DNA of 39,114 nucleotides from Tubiluchus corallicola. Lineage: Eukaryota > Animalia > Priapulida. Every line of letters begins with the position of its first letter. Position 1 is the first letter of the stretch. This document shows, in pieces, positions 1 through 12,118 of this stretch. The notes below the pieces were generated by a model. That model was not told the DNA's origin and made no database searches. It saw nothing but the letters and a program-made list of their open reading frames with translations. Where the stretch lies: assembly GCA_030141605.1 (NCBI GenBank), contig JAQGDQ010000452.1:1-39114 (forward strand), in the 5' to 3' direction. Made by a program: the position numbers and the translations under genes.

Positions 1-2190
1 TAAGAAGTGAGTGAAGCAGCGTAAGAAGTAGAGAAGCAGCACAAGAAGTGAGTGAAGCAACGTAAGAAGTGAGTGAAGCAACGTAAGAAGTGAGTGAAGC
101 AGCGTAAGAAGTGAGTGAAGCAACGTAAGAAGTGAGTGAAGCACATAAGAAGTGAGAGAAGCAGCGTAAGAAGTGAGTGAAGCAGCGTAAGAAGTAAGAG
201 AAGCAGCGTAAGTGAGTGAAGCAGCGTAAGAAGTGAGTGAAGCAGCGTAAGAAGTGAGTGAAGCAGCGTAAGAAGTGAGTGAAGCAGCGTAAGAAGTAAG
301 AGAAGCAGCATAAGAAGTGAGCGAAGCAACGTAAGAAGTGAGTGAAGCAACGTAAGAAGTGAGTGAAGCAACGTAAGAAGTGAGTGAAGCAGCGTAAGAA
401 GCGAGTGAAGCAGCGTAAGAAGCGAGTGAAGCAGCGTAAGAAGCGAGTGAAGCAGCGTAAGAAGTGAGTAAAGTAGTGTCAGAAGCGAGTGAAGCAGCGT
501 AAGAAGCGAGTGAAGCAGCATAAGAAGTGAGCGAAGCAACGTAAGAAGTGAGTGAAGCAACGTAAGAAGTGAGTAAAGTAGTGTCAGAAGCGAGTGAAGC
601 AACGTAAGAAGCGAGTGAAGCAGCATAAGAAGTGAGCGAAGCAACGTAAGAAGTGAGTGAAGCAACGTAAGAAGTGAGTGAAGCAACGTAAGAAGCGAGT
701 GAAGCAGCGTAAGAAGCGAGTAAAGCAGCGTAAGAAGCGAGTGAAGCAAGTAAGAAGTGAGTGAAGCAGCGTAAGAACTGAGTGAAGCAACGTAAGAAGT
801 AAGAGAAGCAGCGTAAGAAGCGAGTGAAGCAGCGTAAGAAGTGAGTAAAGTAGTGTCAGAAGCGAGTGAAGCAGCGTAAGAAGTGAGTGAAGCAGCGTAA
901 GAAGTAAGAGAAGCAGCATAAGAAGTGAGCGAAGCAACGTAAGAAGTGAGTGAAGCAACGTAAGAAGTGAGTGAAGCAACGTAAGAAGTGAGTGAAGCAG
1001 CGTAAGAAGTGAGTGAAGCAGCGTAAGAAGCGAGTGAAGCAGCGTAAGAAGCGAGTGAAGCAGCGTAAGAAGTGAGTGAAGCAGCGTAAGAAGTAAGAGA
1101 AGCAGCATAAGAAGTGAGTGAAGCAATGTAAGAAGTGAGTGAAGCAACGCAAGAAGTGAGTGAAGCAGCGTAAGAAGCGAGTGAAGCAACGTAAGAAGTG
1201 AGTAAAGTAGTGTCAGAAGTGAGTGAAGCAGCGTAAGAAGCTAGTGAAGCAGCGTAAGAAGTGAGTGAAGCAGTGCAAGAAGCGAGTGAAGCAGCGTAAG
1301 AAGTGAGCGAAGCAGCGTAAGAAGCGAGTGAAGCAACGTAAGAAATGAGTGAAGCAGCGTAAGAAGTGAGTGAAGCAGCGTAAAAAGTGAGTGAAGCAGC
1401 GTAAGAAGTAAGAGAAGCAGCATAAGAAGTGAGTGAAGCAGCGTAAGAAGTGAGTGAAGCAGCATAAGAAGTGAGTGAAGCAACGTAAGAAGTGAGTGAA
1501 GCAGCATAAGAAGCGGGTGAAGCAGCGTAAGAAGCGAGTGAAGCAGCGTAAGAAGCGAGTGAAGCAACGTAAGAAGTGAGTGAAGCAACGTAAGAAATGA
1601 GTGAAGCAGCATAAGAAGTGAGTGAAGCAACGTAAGAAGTAAGAGAAGCAGCATAAGAAGTGAGTGAAGCAGCATAAGAAGTGAGTGAAGCAACGTAAGA
1701 AGTGAGTGAAGCAACGTAAGAAGTAAGAGAAGCAGCATAAGAAGTGAGTGAAGCAACGTAAGAAGTGAGTGAAGCAGCGTAACAAGTGAGTGAAGCAGCG
1801 TAAGAAGTGAGTGAAGCAACGTAAGAAGTGAGTGAAGCAACGTAAGAAGTGAGTGAAGCAGCATAAGAAGTGAGTGAAGCAACGTAAGAAGTGAGTAAAG
1901 TAGTGTCAGAAGTGAGTGAACCAGCATAAGAAGTGAGTGAAGCAGCGTAACAAGTGAGTGAAGCAGCATAAGAAGTGAGTGGAAAGCAATAAAAGTGAGT
2001 GAAATGAAACGCAAGTGAAACAGTAAAAGAAGTGAATGAAATGGCAGCAGAAATGAGTGAAACAGCAAGGAAAATGAGTGCTAAGCAAACAATACTGTGA
2101 GAGAAGTAACCAAAACAGAGACAAGTTAAATGAAACAACGAAAGAAACGAGTGAATAACGACAAAAGTGAGTGAAACAAACACCAACTGT
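1..2190. repeat. 21-bp tandem satellite (consensus GTAAGAAGTGAGTGAAGCAGC), truncated by window start, degenerating after ~1980
   Basis: Direct 21-bp periodicity with recurring variants (caacg/cagcg/cagcat, gtaagagaag, gagtaaagtagtgtca). The minus-strand LLHSLLT/CFTHFLR ORFs are its translations. Confidence 0.97.
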
Positions 2191-2724
2191 GAGTGCTAGC
2201 GGCACCTAGTTAACGTTTTCGTTAACAGAAGCCAACAAGTTTGCATCACTTGTCATAGTCACATGACAAGTCACATGACCTGATTTACCTGTTCATACTT
2301 ACACGTCTACGATTAAAGCTCTTTCCTATATCGTCGTTCTGGCGACCTATTAATTACTGGTTTTTTTGTTATCCAGGATGCCATTTTAGTCATCAGATTG
2401 TAAGTTTTAATCATTTAGAGCAAATTATCTTTCTCTTGTAAGTTAATGCAATAATGCTATTTTTGCTGTAGATCAGAAAACGATTAGACTATTCGATTGA
2501 AACAGGTCATATTTTTAAATAGCTGCTGCAATTTTCACCTGTTAATCTGTTGATTATTTTTCTATTATTTGCTTCTCTTTGTCGTTGAATCACATCTTTA
2601 TACTGAATAAAATAATTTTAGGTTTATCACACCAGGTAATGCCGGAGTTAGATTTTTCTTTTGGTTATTTTACTTGGGCGCATCCACACTATAAACAATT
2701 TGATGACGGCTCTCGCCTGGACTG

Positions 2725-2826
2725 CATCGACTAAATGCCATGAAGAAGGCCGAATTGCAGAGGTTATGTCAGGATCGTGGGCTCCTGGACAAGGAGACCA
2801 AGAATCAACCGATTTCTAGAATGCTG
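2725..2826 (+). pseudogene. Isolated SAP-motif-like coding fragment
   Basis: HRLNAMKKAELQRLCQDRGLLDKETKNQPISRML resembles the SAP pattern L..+...EL...C..RGL...G.K..LI.RL. In-frame TGA at 2704 upstream, and the frame runs into (ATT)n downstream. Confidence 0.5.
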
Positions 2827-2845
2827 TTTTTTAGGACAAACGACA

Positions 2846-3470
<625 letters not shown>

Positions 3471-3904
3471 TATTATCTTCACATAATAAGTGAGCAGGAA
3501 TTACAATTTCCCTCCTCAAATTTTACAATTTGTAACTAATATTTCATTCAATTTGTGCCACTCGGTTTTTGTTACTCTTGTCTACAAATTGCATAAGTTT
3601 GCAAGAGAAGAATTTCAATTTGAAACCACTAAGATGGATGAGAGGCGTGACAGGAATCCACTCTGCTCGCTTATTGAAATATCAATGCGCCTGTAATTAA
3701 TTTACTTACTTAAATTCTCATCACTCATTTACACTTTAGAACAAGTAGGAAGTGAAGTGTCAGCTGCTTAGGTGAAAAAACAGTAACATTCCTTGTAGTA
3801 AGTGGGAATTTTGACTGAAACTTTGAGAATCTAAATCGAAAAATTAATGATGAAACTTGCAAATTTTGAAACTTGACTAAAATAAAAAAGATTAAAAAAA
3901 ATTG

Positions 3905-4130
3905 GGAGTGACCCGAGGTTTGAACGATGGAGCTTTGAATGACAACTAGGTGTTTAAGGCAAGTGTTAAATTCAATTCTAATAGTTAGCCAATCAATCTA
4001 ACATTTTTAAGTGTTAAGTTTATTCAAGCCTGTAATGACTGAATGTATGAATTAATGCATTGCTTATAAACTGAATTTCAAAAATAATACTCTAGCCTTG
4101 CATTTGAACCTGGGACCTTTGGATTATGCT
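3905..4130 (-). repeat. Two decayed tRNA-like units of a dispersed repeat family
   Basis: B-box-like T arms on minus strand (GGTTCAAATGC near 4100-4110; CGTTCAAACCTCGGGTCACTCC near 3905-3926). The spacer ctattagaattgaattt matches ctattagaaatgaatta upstream of the 12043 copy. Confidence 0.55.
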
Positions 4131-4160
4131 TTTGCATTATTTTGGTTCACAAGGAAAAGC

Positions 4161-4250
4161 ATGGTCTAACATGGTCTAACATGGTCTAACAACACTCATA
4201 GCGTTGGACTTGTAATCCAAACATCACAGGTTCAAAACCAAGCCTAGTAT
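4161..4250 (+). repeat. Decayed tRNA-like unit (UGU anticodon loop) with a triplicated D-loop segment
   Basis: (ATGGTCTAAC)x3 at 4161-4190, anticodon arm TTGGA-CTTGTAA-TCCAA, then GGTTCAAAACC B-box-like. Confidence 0.6.
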
Positions 4251-5340
4251 GAATTAACTTCGAAATTTGAACAAATTTTGGTTAATTCTGTCACTGATGA
4301 TTTAAGCAATGCTGAAATTAAGGTTATAATTAATTCAAAATAATTAGTTCAATAATCATTCTAATTAATTTAAAAAAGCAATTGCCTTTTGATATCGTAT
4401 TTGGATTTCAAATTTACAATAATTATAAAATGATCGCAAAAACGTGATACAGAATGCAAGATGACGAAAATGCAATACTTTTAATCACTTTTATCAATAA
4501 TCGTTCAATCAACCAAGCTGATTGAATATCCATTTCACCATCTTGTATTAATTTAAGAATTCGATGCTTGCGATGGATTGCAATTCAATTATTCAAATAT
4601 CATTGAGCATCAATTCTCAAGTCATTGCATTTGCCCACAGTATAATAAGCCTATGTAATACAGCTAAATCACGATTAAATTGGATCGACTGCATCTAGTC
4701 TGACTGCAATCATTTCGGGTTAGGCAAAGGCAAATATTCCTCGTAATGTCAACGCCTAAAGGGCAAGTTTGAAAAAGTTATATCAACTTGTTATAATTTT
4801 CATATTATAATCCTATGTCAAAAAAGTACTTCAATTTTGAGATTCCACGTTTTGCGACATCAATCCATATTTCAACAGCTGTACCAAATTTAGGAAATTG
4901 GTATATGTAAGTTTCCTTTAGATGGGCACGCAGCTTTTTTCCGCTAACTTTATACGTAGTAAAATGTTGGCTGCACCGTTGAATAGCTGTACCACGTGAC
5001 CGATGACGTAGCGACACACTTTGCGTAAACGATTGTCCTTCGTTAGGTAGCGAAGATGACAGACTAATTTTGCAGAAAATCAACAGATGAGTAAAAAACA
5101 ATCTTGCTTATAATGAGACTAAGTTTTATAGCAATAAGATAACCGCTTGCTGAAGTCACGTGACATGATAAATTATTCATCAGTTTCATCTGATATAATT
5201 TTATGAGTGATTAAATAAATAATGATTTTATTGCATTCTTCACAATACACAATACAATTTGATTCAAAACCATTTTTTCATTTTTGTTTAATTAATGAGG
5301 TTTCCTGACATCGTTAATTGAAATTCTGTAATAATTAATG

Positions 5341-5347
5341 TCGTCAT

Positions 5348-5425
<78 letters not shown>
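5341..5425. repeat. (CAT)n/(CAG)n microsatellite
   Basis: Read directly. Confidence 0.9.
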
Positions 5426-5544
5426 GGTTATCAGTGTTACAGTTGCTGCAATCAGCACCGGTAAGGATCAAAAAGTTCACTGTTTTGTCTAAACTTTGTT
5501 ACGTCAGTTGAAAGGTAATGCAAAACAGAGGATAACAATTTAAT

Positions 5545-6062
5545 CAGTCAGTGAGTGAGTGAGTGAGTGAGTGAGTGAGTGAGTGAGTGAATGAGTGAAT
5601 GAGTGAGTGAGTGAGTGAGTGAGTGAGTGAGTGGGTGTGTCAGTCAGTCAGTCAGTCAGTCAGTCAGTCAGTCAGTCAGTCAGTCAGTCTGACTCAGTCA
5701 GTCAGTTCAGTTAGCTAATTAAATGGAACAAATCGTTTTACAAGGCCTCCAGTGAAAGCTAAGCAAAGACTTGTTTTTCCTGAAGCTTCTCTTTTGCACA
5801 AGCTGGTATTCGTTATTGATTTTTCTATACAGTTTGACACACTGCATTGCATTCAATGACAAGTTCCACTCAGAGAAGCCGTTTGTGGCAGGACCGGAAA
5901 CTGGCTCCTTATCAAGGCTAAGATGAATCACCGGACTGGACACGTCTCTTACCCTCTCCTTCTTCTATGAGCTAAACAGCCAGATCAGTATTTCCTAGAC
6001 CGAGTATCGAACCCAGCAGTCAGCAAGCCTCAGTGCCATTGCTAACTTCAGTCACCATGCAC
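5545..6062 (-). mobile_element. tRNA-headed SINE with (TGAC)n/(TCAC)n microsatellite tail
   Basis: Minus strand starts GCATGGTGACTGAAGTTAG (A-box-like), has B box GGTTCGATAC (6004-6013), a ~280-nt body, then a tetranucleotide tail at 5545-5710. Confidence 0.6.
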
Positions 6063-6518
6063 AAGTCGTGACTACTCAGCTGTTTGTCCTGTCTAATATA
6101 AAAAGCGCCAATTTTCTATTCTGCATTCTTTAAATGTATAACGAATACTAGTTGATTCAGCCTATATTTTATTTTAGCTGATATCGTTCTCATTCTAGAT
6201 GCAATTAAATGATTATTGCAATTTTCTTGTATCTTCAAGTATATAAAAATAAAATATAAAAAAGTTTTGACAGGTCGATCTATACTCTACAGCGTGGTTT
6301 CTTTGCTTATATTTGTGCTGGCTTGATCACGTGACTTCATAAGTACACACCGACTATTTTGACACGTGTCGGTTCTATTGTCCACAGATCTTTTCTTATA
6401 ATGTAGTTTGTTATTTTGTGAAATGTAATACGTGCAAATGTAGTGTTTTTCCTGTGCAACAAATGTTATAAAATCGTGTATGCTTGTACTTAATGTGAAG
6501 TGAAATTGTAAAAGTTAA

Positions 6519-7065
6519 AAGAAAACCCGACGATTGTGTAAACATTAGTTCAGTATAAAGAATGCTCTAAAATATTGAAAGCTACAATAGCTTTTTTAAA
6601 TCAAAGCTTAGGTTAAATATTAATTACCTCAGATACTCAAATTTCGTTAAACTTTCAAAGCTACGACCGGCTCGGTGAATCTACTAAGATTGGCAACGGC
6701 GCCTTCTTTGTCACATTGGTGAGGCCGACAAATAGAAGGCGGTAAGGTGATAACCATCATCATGAACTGCAGTATTAGTTTCTGATGTCATATGACGTAG
6801 AGCCCATTTTCGTGACATCACGCGTTTTAACAGTACTGTAATACTTAGGCAAGCGTGCTTGATGCGCAACGCAAGATGCTTACCATTGTACAAACTGTGG
6901 TTAGTTTCTGACGTAAGCAATAGCTGTGTTCGGTTCCGTTAATTAACTTTTTAAGCTAATTATTCAAATATAAGAAACAACTGCTAACTTTTATAGGCAA
7001 GAAAACGTATATTTTGGACAGCAAATTAAAATGAGATTGAGTCTAAACAATCATCCGGTCTTCCT
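6519..7065. mobile_element. Non-autonomous TIR DNA transposon with TTAA target sites (Kolobok-like)
   Basis: TTAA at 6515-6518 and 7066-7069. Imperfect TIR AAGAAAACCCGACGATTGTGTAAAC vs AGGAAGACCGGATGATTGTTTAGAC. ~6683-7069 is homologous, inverted, to 14005-14370. Confidence 0.75.
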
Positions 7066-7090
7066 TTAATGAGCAGGTTGCATTGAGGCT

Positions 7091-7240
7091 TACATATCCT
7101 CTCTGGTTTAGGGCTACATGTCTCATCTGGCTTGGGCCTACATATCTTCTCTGGTTTAGGGGTACATGTCTCATCTGGCTTGGGCCTACATATCCTCTCT
7201 GGCTTGGGCCTACATATCCTCTCTGGTCTAGGGCTACATC
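7091..7240. repeat. 24-bp minisatellite (TACATATCCTCTCTGGTTTAGGGC / TACATGTCTCATCTGGCTTGGGCC), about 6 units
   Basis: Direct periodicity with alternating subtypes. Confidence 0.9.
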
Positions 7241-7634
7241 CAGCTCAACATGTGTTGCGAGCGGTGTTATGTCATCTCCGCATCTGATTATAATAATTAA
7301 TGTGGTACCTATCCGAAATATGCAGTGTTCGAAATTTTCCCGCGACTTATAATTTCTTGCGCAAGAGGTAAATTGGCTTTAAATTTGTTAATTTTGCTTA
7401 AAGACAGTGTAATTTAATTTTCTTGTGTTAGTCAGATTTTCAATAATTAGAAATTTGAAACGTTTTGAACAACCTAATCATTGTGCTTAGTAGGGACTAT
7501 TTTCTACTTAAGCGGATGAATATAAAACGTGGAGAATGAGAAGCAAGCTGCGTTTTGTGATTAGATTAAGCTTTTTGTTATAATTGTGAAATTTATACCG
7601 TCGCTTTCTTTGCTATTAATTTTAATATATGAAA

Positions 7635-7890
7635 TAAGGAGAATTCACCACAGAATCCACAATTCACCAGTTCATCACGACCTTGAATCTATTACAATGA
7701 CAAAAAGATTTACCATCATACATTTAGTTTGCACATTTAACAAGAACTTTGGCGCTGGGCAAATTCTAAAGACACACACTTTCTGATGAACTGTATTTCA
7801 GCACACAAAGCAGCATGTGTAGTTAAAGCTTTGGGCAATACGTGTTGACTTTACGCTACAGTGAGTTCTGTCTACTGCTGCCGAAGCCAT
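7635..7890 (-). pseudogene. Decayed TRIM-like RING/B-box N-terminus
   Basis: Across shifted frames: MASAAVDRTHCSV / LPKAL / YTCCFVC* / ICPA / NLFVIVID / VNCGFCGE. This follows the order of a RING (CxxC..PKxL.C.HTxCxxC..CPxC) then the first CxxC of a B-box. Confidence 0.4.
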
Positions 7891-8198
7891 TTCTAATCGA
7901 GATCATCTAATTTAGCTCAATGATCGAACTCAGCTTGATGGCTTTTCTTGTTTCGAAAAGTAAAAACATTGATGGCAATCAGGGAAATCAAAAATGCAGC
8001 TGTTCTGTTGATGTGCAATGCTCTTCTTTTAGTTTTTAGATATGCTTGTATCAAAATAATTTTTTCCTCTTGTTTTAACTTGTTTTAGGACACCTGCGAA
8101 ACGAGAAAAAATTAAACTCACAAGATAATGACGTTTTAAACTTACAATTAAATAAATTTTGACACGAAAGCTGAAAGACAGGTAATGTGAAAAAGTCC

Positions 8199-8272
8199 TG
8201 ATACAGTCTGGATTTGAACCAGGCATCTTCTGCTTACAAAGCAGACACCTTAGACCATTAGGCCACCATATC
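8199..8272 (-). tRNA. tRNA-like gene or pseudogene, anticodon TGT (nominally Thr)
   Basis: 74 nt GATATGG-TG-GCCT-AATGGTCTA-AGGT-G-TCTGC-TTTGTAA-GCAGA-AGATG-CCTGG-TTCAAAT-CCAGA-CTGTATC-A folds as a cloverleaf (two G-U in acceptor, one T-stem mismatch). TTTTT follows 4 nt downstream. Probably a repeat-family member. Confidence 0.5.
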
Positions 8273-8501
8273 CCCAGTGATCAAACCTGCCAAAACCTGT
8301 CCCTTATAGCTTTGGGTTAGATCGCTCACACTGGAACCATTCTAATTAGATTATTCTTTATTTTTATTAATTTTGAGACCGAAATTTCAACGGATAATTA
8401 ATTAATTATTATAATCTATCTTAATATCTTACTGGAAACGATACAGAAGCACAATTAAATTTTGACACCAAAACTGAAAGACGAGAAATGTGAAAAAGTT
8501 G

Positions 8502-8575
8502 AGACACAACCTGGATTTGAACCAGGCACTTTTTAATTACAAGTCATTTGCTCTAGACCACAATGCCACCACATC
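8502..8575 (-). pseudogene. Degenerate tandem copy of the tRNA-like unit
   Basis: Same 74-nt layout, CTTGTAA loop and CCTGG-TTCAAAT-CCAGG T arm, but weak acceptor and anticodon stems. Shares the 3' flank actttttcacatt..gtctttcag..gtgtcaaaattta with the 8199 copy. Confidence 0.65.
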
Positions 8576-8841
8576 TCTTAATGGTTACAAGGTAGTCCAA
8601 ACTACAATCCTTATAATTCTCCAACTGAATTTGGTATTTCCACTGCTAGATTACTCACACATTTATTAAAGTAATTCTTACCTCGGCATAGGCCTAGTGC
8701 CATTTTGGGCAGTGACCCATGTAATCACCATGCAATACGATAACCCGGTATCTATGACTGAAAACCCAATACCCCATTTCTAGCTCTGCTTTCTAGGACT
8801 TCTCCTGTGCGCTTGTGTAATATTCTATGTCTATACCTTAT

Positions 8842-9475
8842 TTAAAAGGCAAGAAAAGGGGTACCCGAAGTATGGTTTCAGAAAAATCGCCTTAAAAATT
8901 ATATTACTTTATAGCAATTTTATGCGTATATCGTACTCGAGTTAAAAGGATTTTTGTTTGTTTTAATTTCAAATCTCCCGCGATACTGTTCCGACCGCGC
9001 CATTATATGACGTCATATATGCACATCGTAAATAAGGGGAAGAAAAGTAAATGCTAAACTATGTCCCAAAAAATTCCATACAAAGTTATATTACTTAGCA
9101 TTTCGCTCACCTGCTTGAAAGACTTAGGTAACTAGAAAAGAAAATTATTAATTGTTTAAATGTTTTCACCAAGTGGTAAAATGTCGCTGACTCACCCTCC
9201 AGGGTGCACCACTCACTAACCAAAAACGTATTTTTAATCTTATTGATAATATACAGTAATTTAAAATTACACAGTGTTATCTAAACTTGTTTCAAATGAC
9301 TTATCGTCAAAATGGCTGCGTCTAACGGTCATCGCGGGAGTCTAAATCTACATGTTTTATACGGCCTTACTGCCAACTCAAATTTTGTACGCAATAAAAC
9401 AGCATGTAAGTGGTATGAAATTTCAAGACGAATTTTTTAAGCTTTATGTAAGTGGAAGGATTTCTTAAGCTTTAA
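8842..9475. mobile_element. Degenerate foldback MITE with long imperfect inverted arms
   Basis: ctcccgcgat..gccatt..tgacg (~8975-9012) is inverted at ~9306-9340. aaaatcgccttaaaaatt..ttttatgcgta (~8883-8928) is inverted at ~9387-9437. TTAA near both ends. Confidence 0.55.
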
Positions 9476-11655
9476 GAGTATTTCTCGTGTTATTTCTATA
9501 TTGTGTATTTTTGCGTAAGATATTTCGTGTCTGTACTTGTCCATTGGAATAAATAAACTATGTAAACTATTGTAACGATATTTGAATGCATAATCTTAAT
9601 ACAGCGTATAATGAGTAATTAATCTCATTTCACAAACTGCTTTTAAGCTTCATAGTTTCGCCGCCGAGCAAGATCACGCAAGGACATAAAAACATGAATA
9701 GATTTGACGAAGTTTATGCATTTATATTGTCAGTTTATAACCTTTCAGTACTGCCCTGGTTATTTTCATCTAACATTTTATTATTCTTTAGAAACTGAAG
9801 TATTGGCTTTCAATAAAATCCCTGTTTGCTTGGTTGTTGCTGCAAGTCAATTAAGTTATGTAACTGGCAATTATAGGTCGTTTTATGTGAAATAATAACC
9901 ATGTCATCAGCATATGTGCATAATTTTTGCTCGTTGTTGAAATACACAAGAGACCTTCAGTCTGACATTAGTATGACGCAAGTTCAGTAATCAATTAAGC
10001 GTCATTGAAAATGTTAATGGAAATTTTGCTTCATATTCGGAGTTGATTTACTCAAAATATTGATTTTTTTATTACCCACGTAATGTTTACCTGTTCAAAG
10101 GCAACGATTTGAGAAAATGGCAAATCATCAGGTAATTTCATTGTTTGACATATACAACCAAATAATTAAGGGTTTTAATGATTCATGTTAAGAGTCAACA
10201 GATCTTATTTAACTTAAAAAATGCCAAATCATTATTTATGTAGAATTTTAAGTAAAATGGGGGTTTTAGTTACCCGATCGGACCGATCGAAGGCCAAAGT
10301 TTTCAATTCCTGAACGGCTGTTTCAATTCCAAAATTAGCGAAAAGTACCAAAATTCATCAAACAAATGAGAATAACGTTTAGAAAGGTGACCGACTTTAG
10401 ACTTTTAAGCTAATCCAGTTTTAAAGCTTCTCACCTGTAATTAATTATCTAACCTGGCAATACACAAATTTTCCAAAACTACTCTTGTAGGTATGTTAAT
10501 TTATAACTTACGCAAAATTTTTAAGTTTATATGAAAACAAAAATAAAATTTTTTTAGCCATCTTAACAAGTTTCAAAGTCTCGTGTGACAAAATTAATTA
10601 TGACGATTTACCTTTAATTAAATTAACACAGGTAGCACAGGTAATTAGTGAATGTAAACAATAGCTCATTAAAAATAAGTACAGGGGCTATATTTGCGCA
10701 AATTACGCAAATTATATTGCTCACATAAAGAGAATTAGGCCTATACCTTAGCTCTCATAAACCCCATAGCAACCAGTATCTACCTTGGTTTCTATGCAAG
10801 TTTACTGAAAATTAAACACAAAGTTTGGAAACCAGATTCTCCTAATTTTAATTTAGAAGTTTTTCACCTCTTCAACTATACATACCGGTATCTTGGCTCT
10901 GCATCAACGTAGAGAGTCGAAACTGGTACCAAAATGATCAACATGAACAGGAGATTAAGAATATTTAGTAAATCCATAAATTCCTAGCGCAGTATCGACT
11001 GTTTTGGTATGCAAGGTCACATGTTCGTTTTGTGCTTTCATACTTTCTCTTGTGTAACCTTTATTTCACGTATATAATGAAATACTGTATATAATGAATT
11101 AGACGTTGGGGAATTTAAACGTCTAATTAACTCATGGACTGGTGTATCATGTAAATGTGCCATTTGTAAATTCAGGGAACTTCCCAATTTTGTTAAGTCG
11201 TAATGAAAAGCTGAAATGTTGGCAGAAAAATTTTTATTGACCTAGATAGCTTTTTGTGTAAATTTTAGAAAATTTCCTAAAATTTTTTACTGTCTCAATT
11301 TTTTATTGTCTTCATGTAGTTTTAATTTTTCTTGTACCAATACCTCTGGTAGCATCCAAAGGATTTAAGAAGTACCTATTATTACCATGTTATCGCTCAT
11401 ATACATTATGTTTGATATCGGTTTACGAGCTTTAAGCTCATGTTTCTACAAATATGTACTGTTTATATCATACCGATGAAAATAAATATTATCTTATCTT
11501 ATCTTAATACTGTAAACATTTAAACTCTCTTCACGGAGCTTTTTAAAAACTATATGAAACAGTTGCCATTGTCGATCCCACAATTCCCGGATTGGGATCC
11601 CTACAAATAACACACACTCGGGCAGTAATTAATGTCGATTGTAATATTCGCCGCA

Positions 11656-11710
11656 TATGCGTTGTCGCAGTGGTGGCGTGCGTATGCGTTGTCGCAGTGG
11701 TGGCGTGCGT
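11656..11710. repeat. 27-bp perfect tandem duplication (TATGCGTTGTCGCAGTGGTGGCGTGCG)x2
   Basis: Read directly. Confidence 0.85.
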
Positions 11711-11991
11711 GCGCTTCGGTTTCAGATCTACTGGCGATGACGATTATTTTGATGTTATGACCATTATAGATATTATTACATGTTACGACGTCCGTTCCTT
11801 TCCAGAGGCTTCAATATTTTATGTCACACATTGATTTCGGAGCTTTTGCTAACAGCAGTTGAAGATTTTACAGTGGACTACATTTCAGCAGCAGGTTACT
11901 GTCTGTCTATTTCACTGCATAGCTTTAAATTAATAACAAAAATAAACTTAATTACTTTTTAATTACTCTGTTGTTAATAAAGTATTATTTG

Positions 11992-12118
11992 AAAATGTAG
12001 GTTTAGTTAGCGAGCTATTAGAAATGAATTAAGACCTGTCAAAGGCTTGTGCAATGTAGTGGTCATGGTGTTAGACTTGTAATCCGGAAGTCCCTGGTTC
12101 AAACCCAGGGTCATTCCT
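11992..12118 (+). repeat. tRNA-like unit (UGU loop) with conserved upstream flank
   Basis: TAGTGGTC..TTAGA-CTTGTAA-TCCGG-AAGTC-CCTGG-TTCAAAC-CCAGG-GTCATTCC. The upstream ~50 nt matches 3960-4008 on the minus strand. Confidence 0.65.

Noticed and set aside
584-2205. Leu-rich and CFTHFLR minus-strand ORFs (98-275 aa)
   Set aside because: Translations of a stop-free 21-bp unit; 1-bp indels near 142 and 749; no unique domain.
4805-5101. ORF with RCSQHF, THAP-like
   Set aside because: Only the CxxHF part is present; no N-terminal CxxxxC or conserved W/AVP context.
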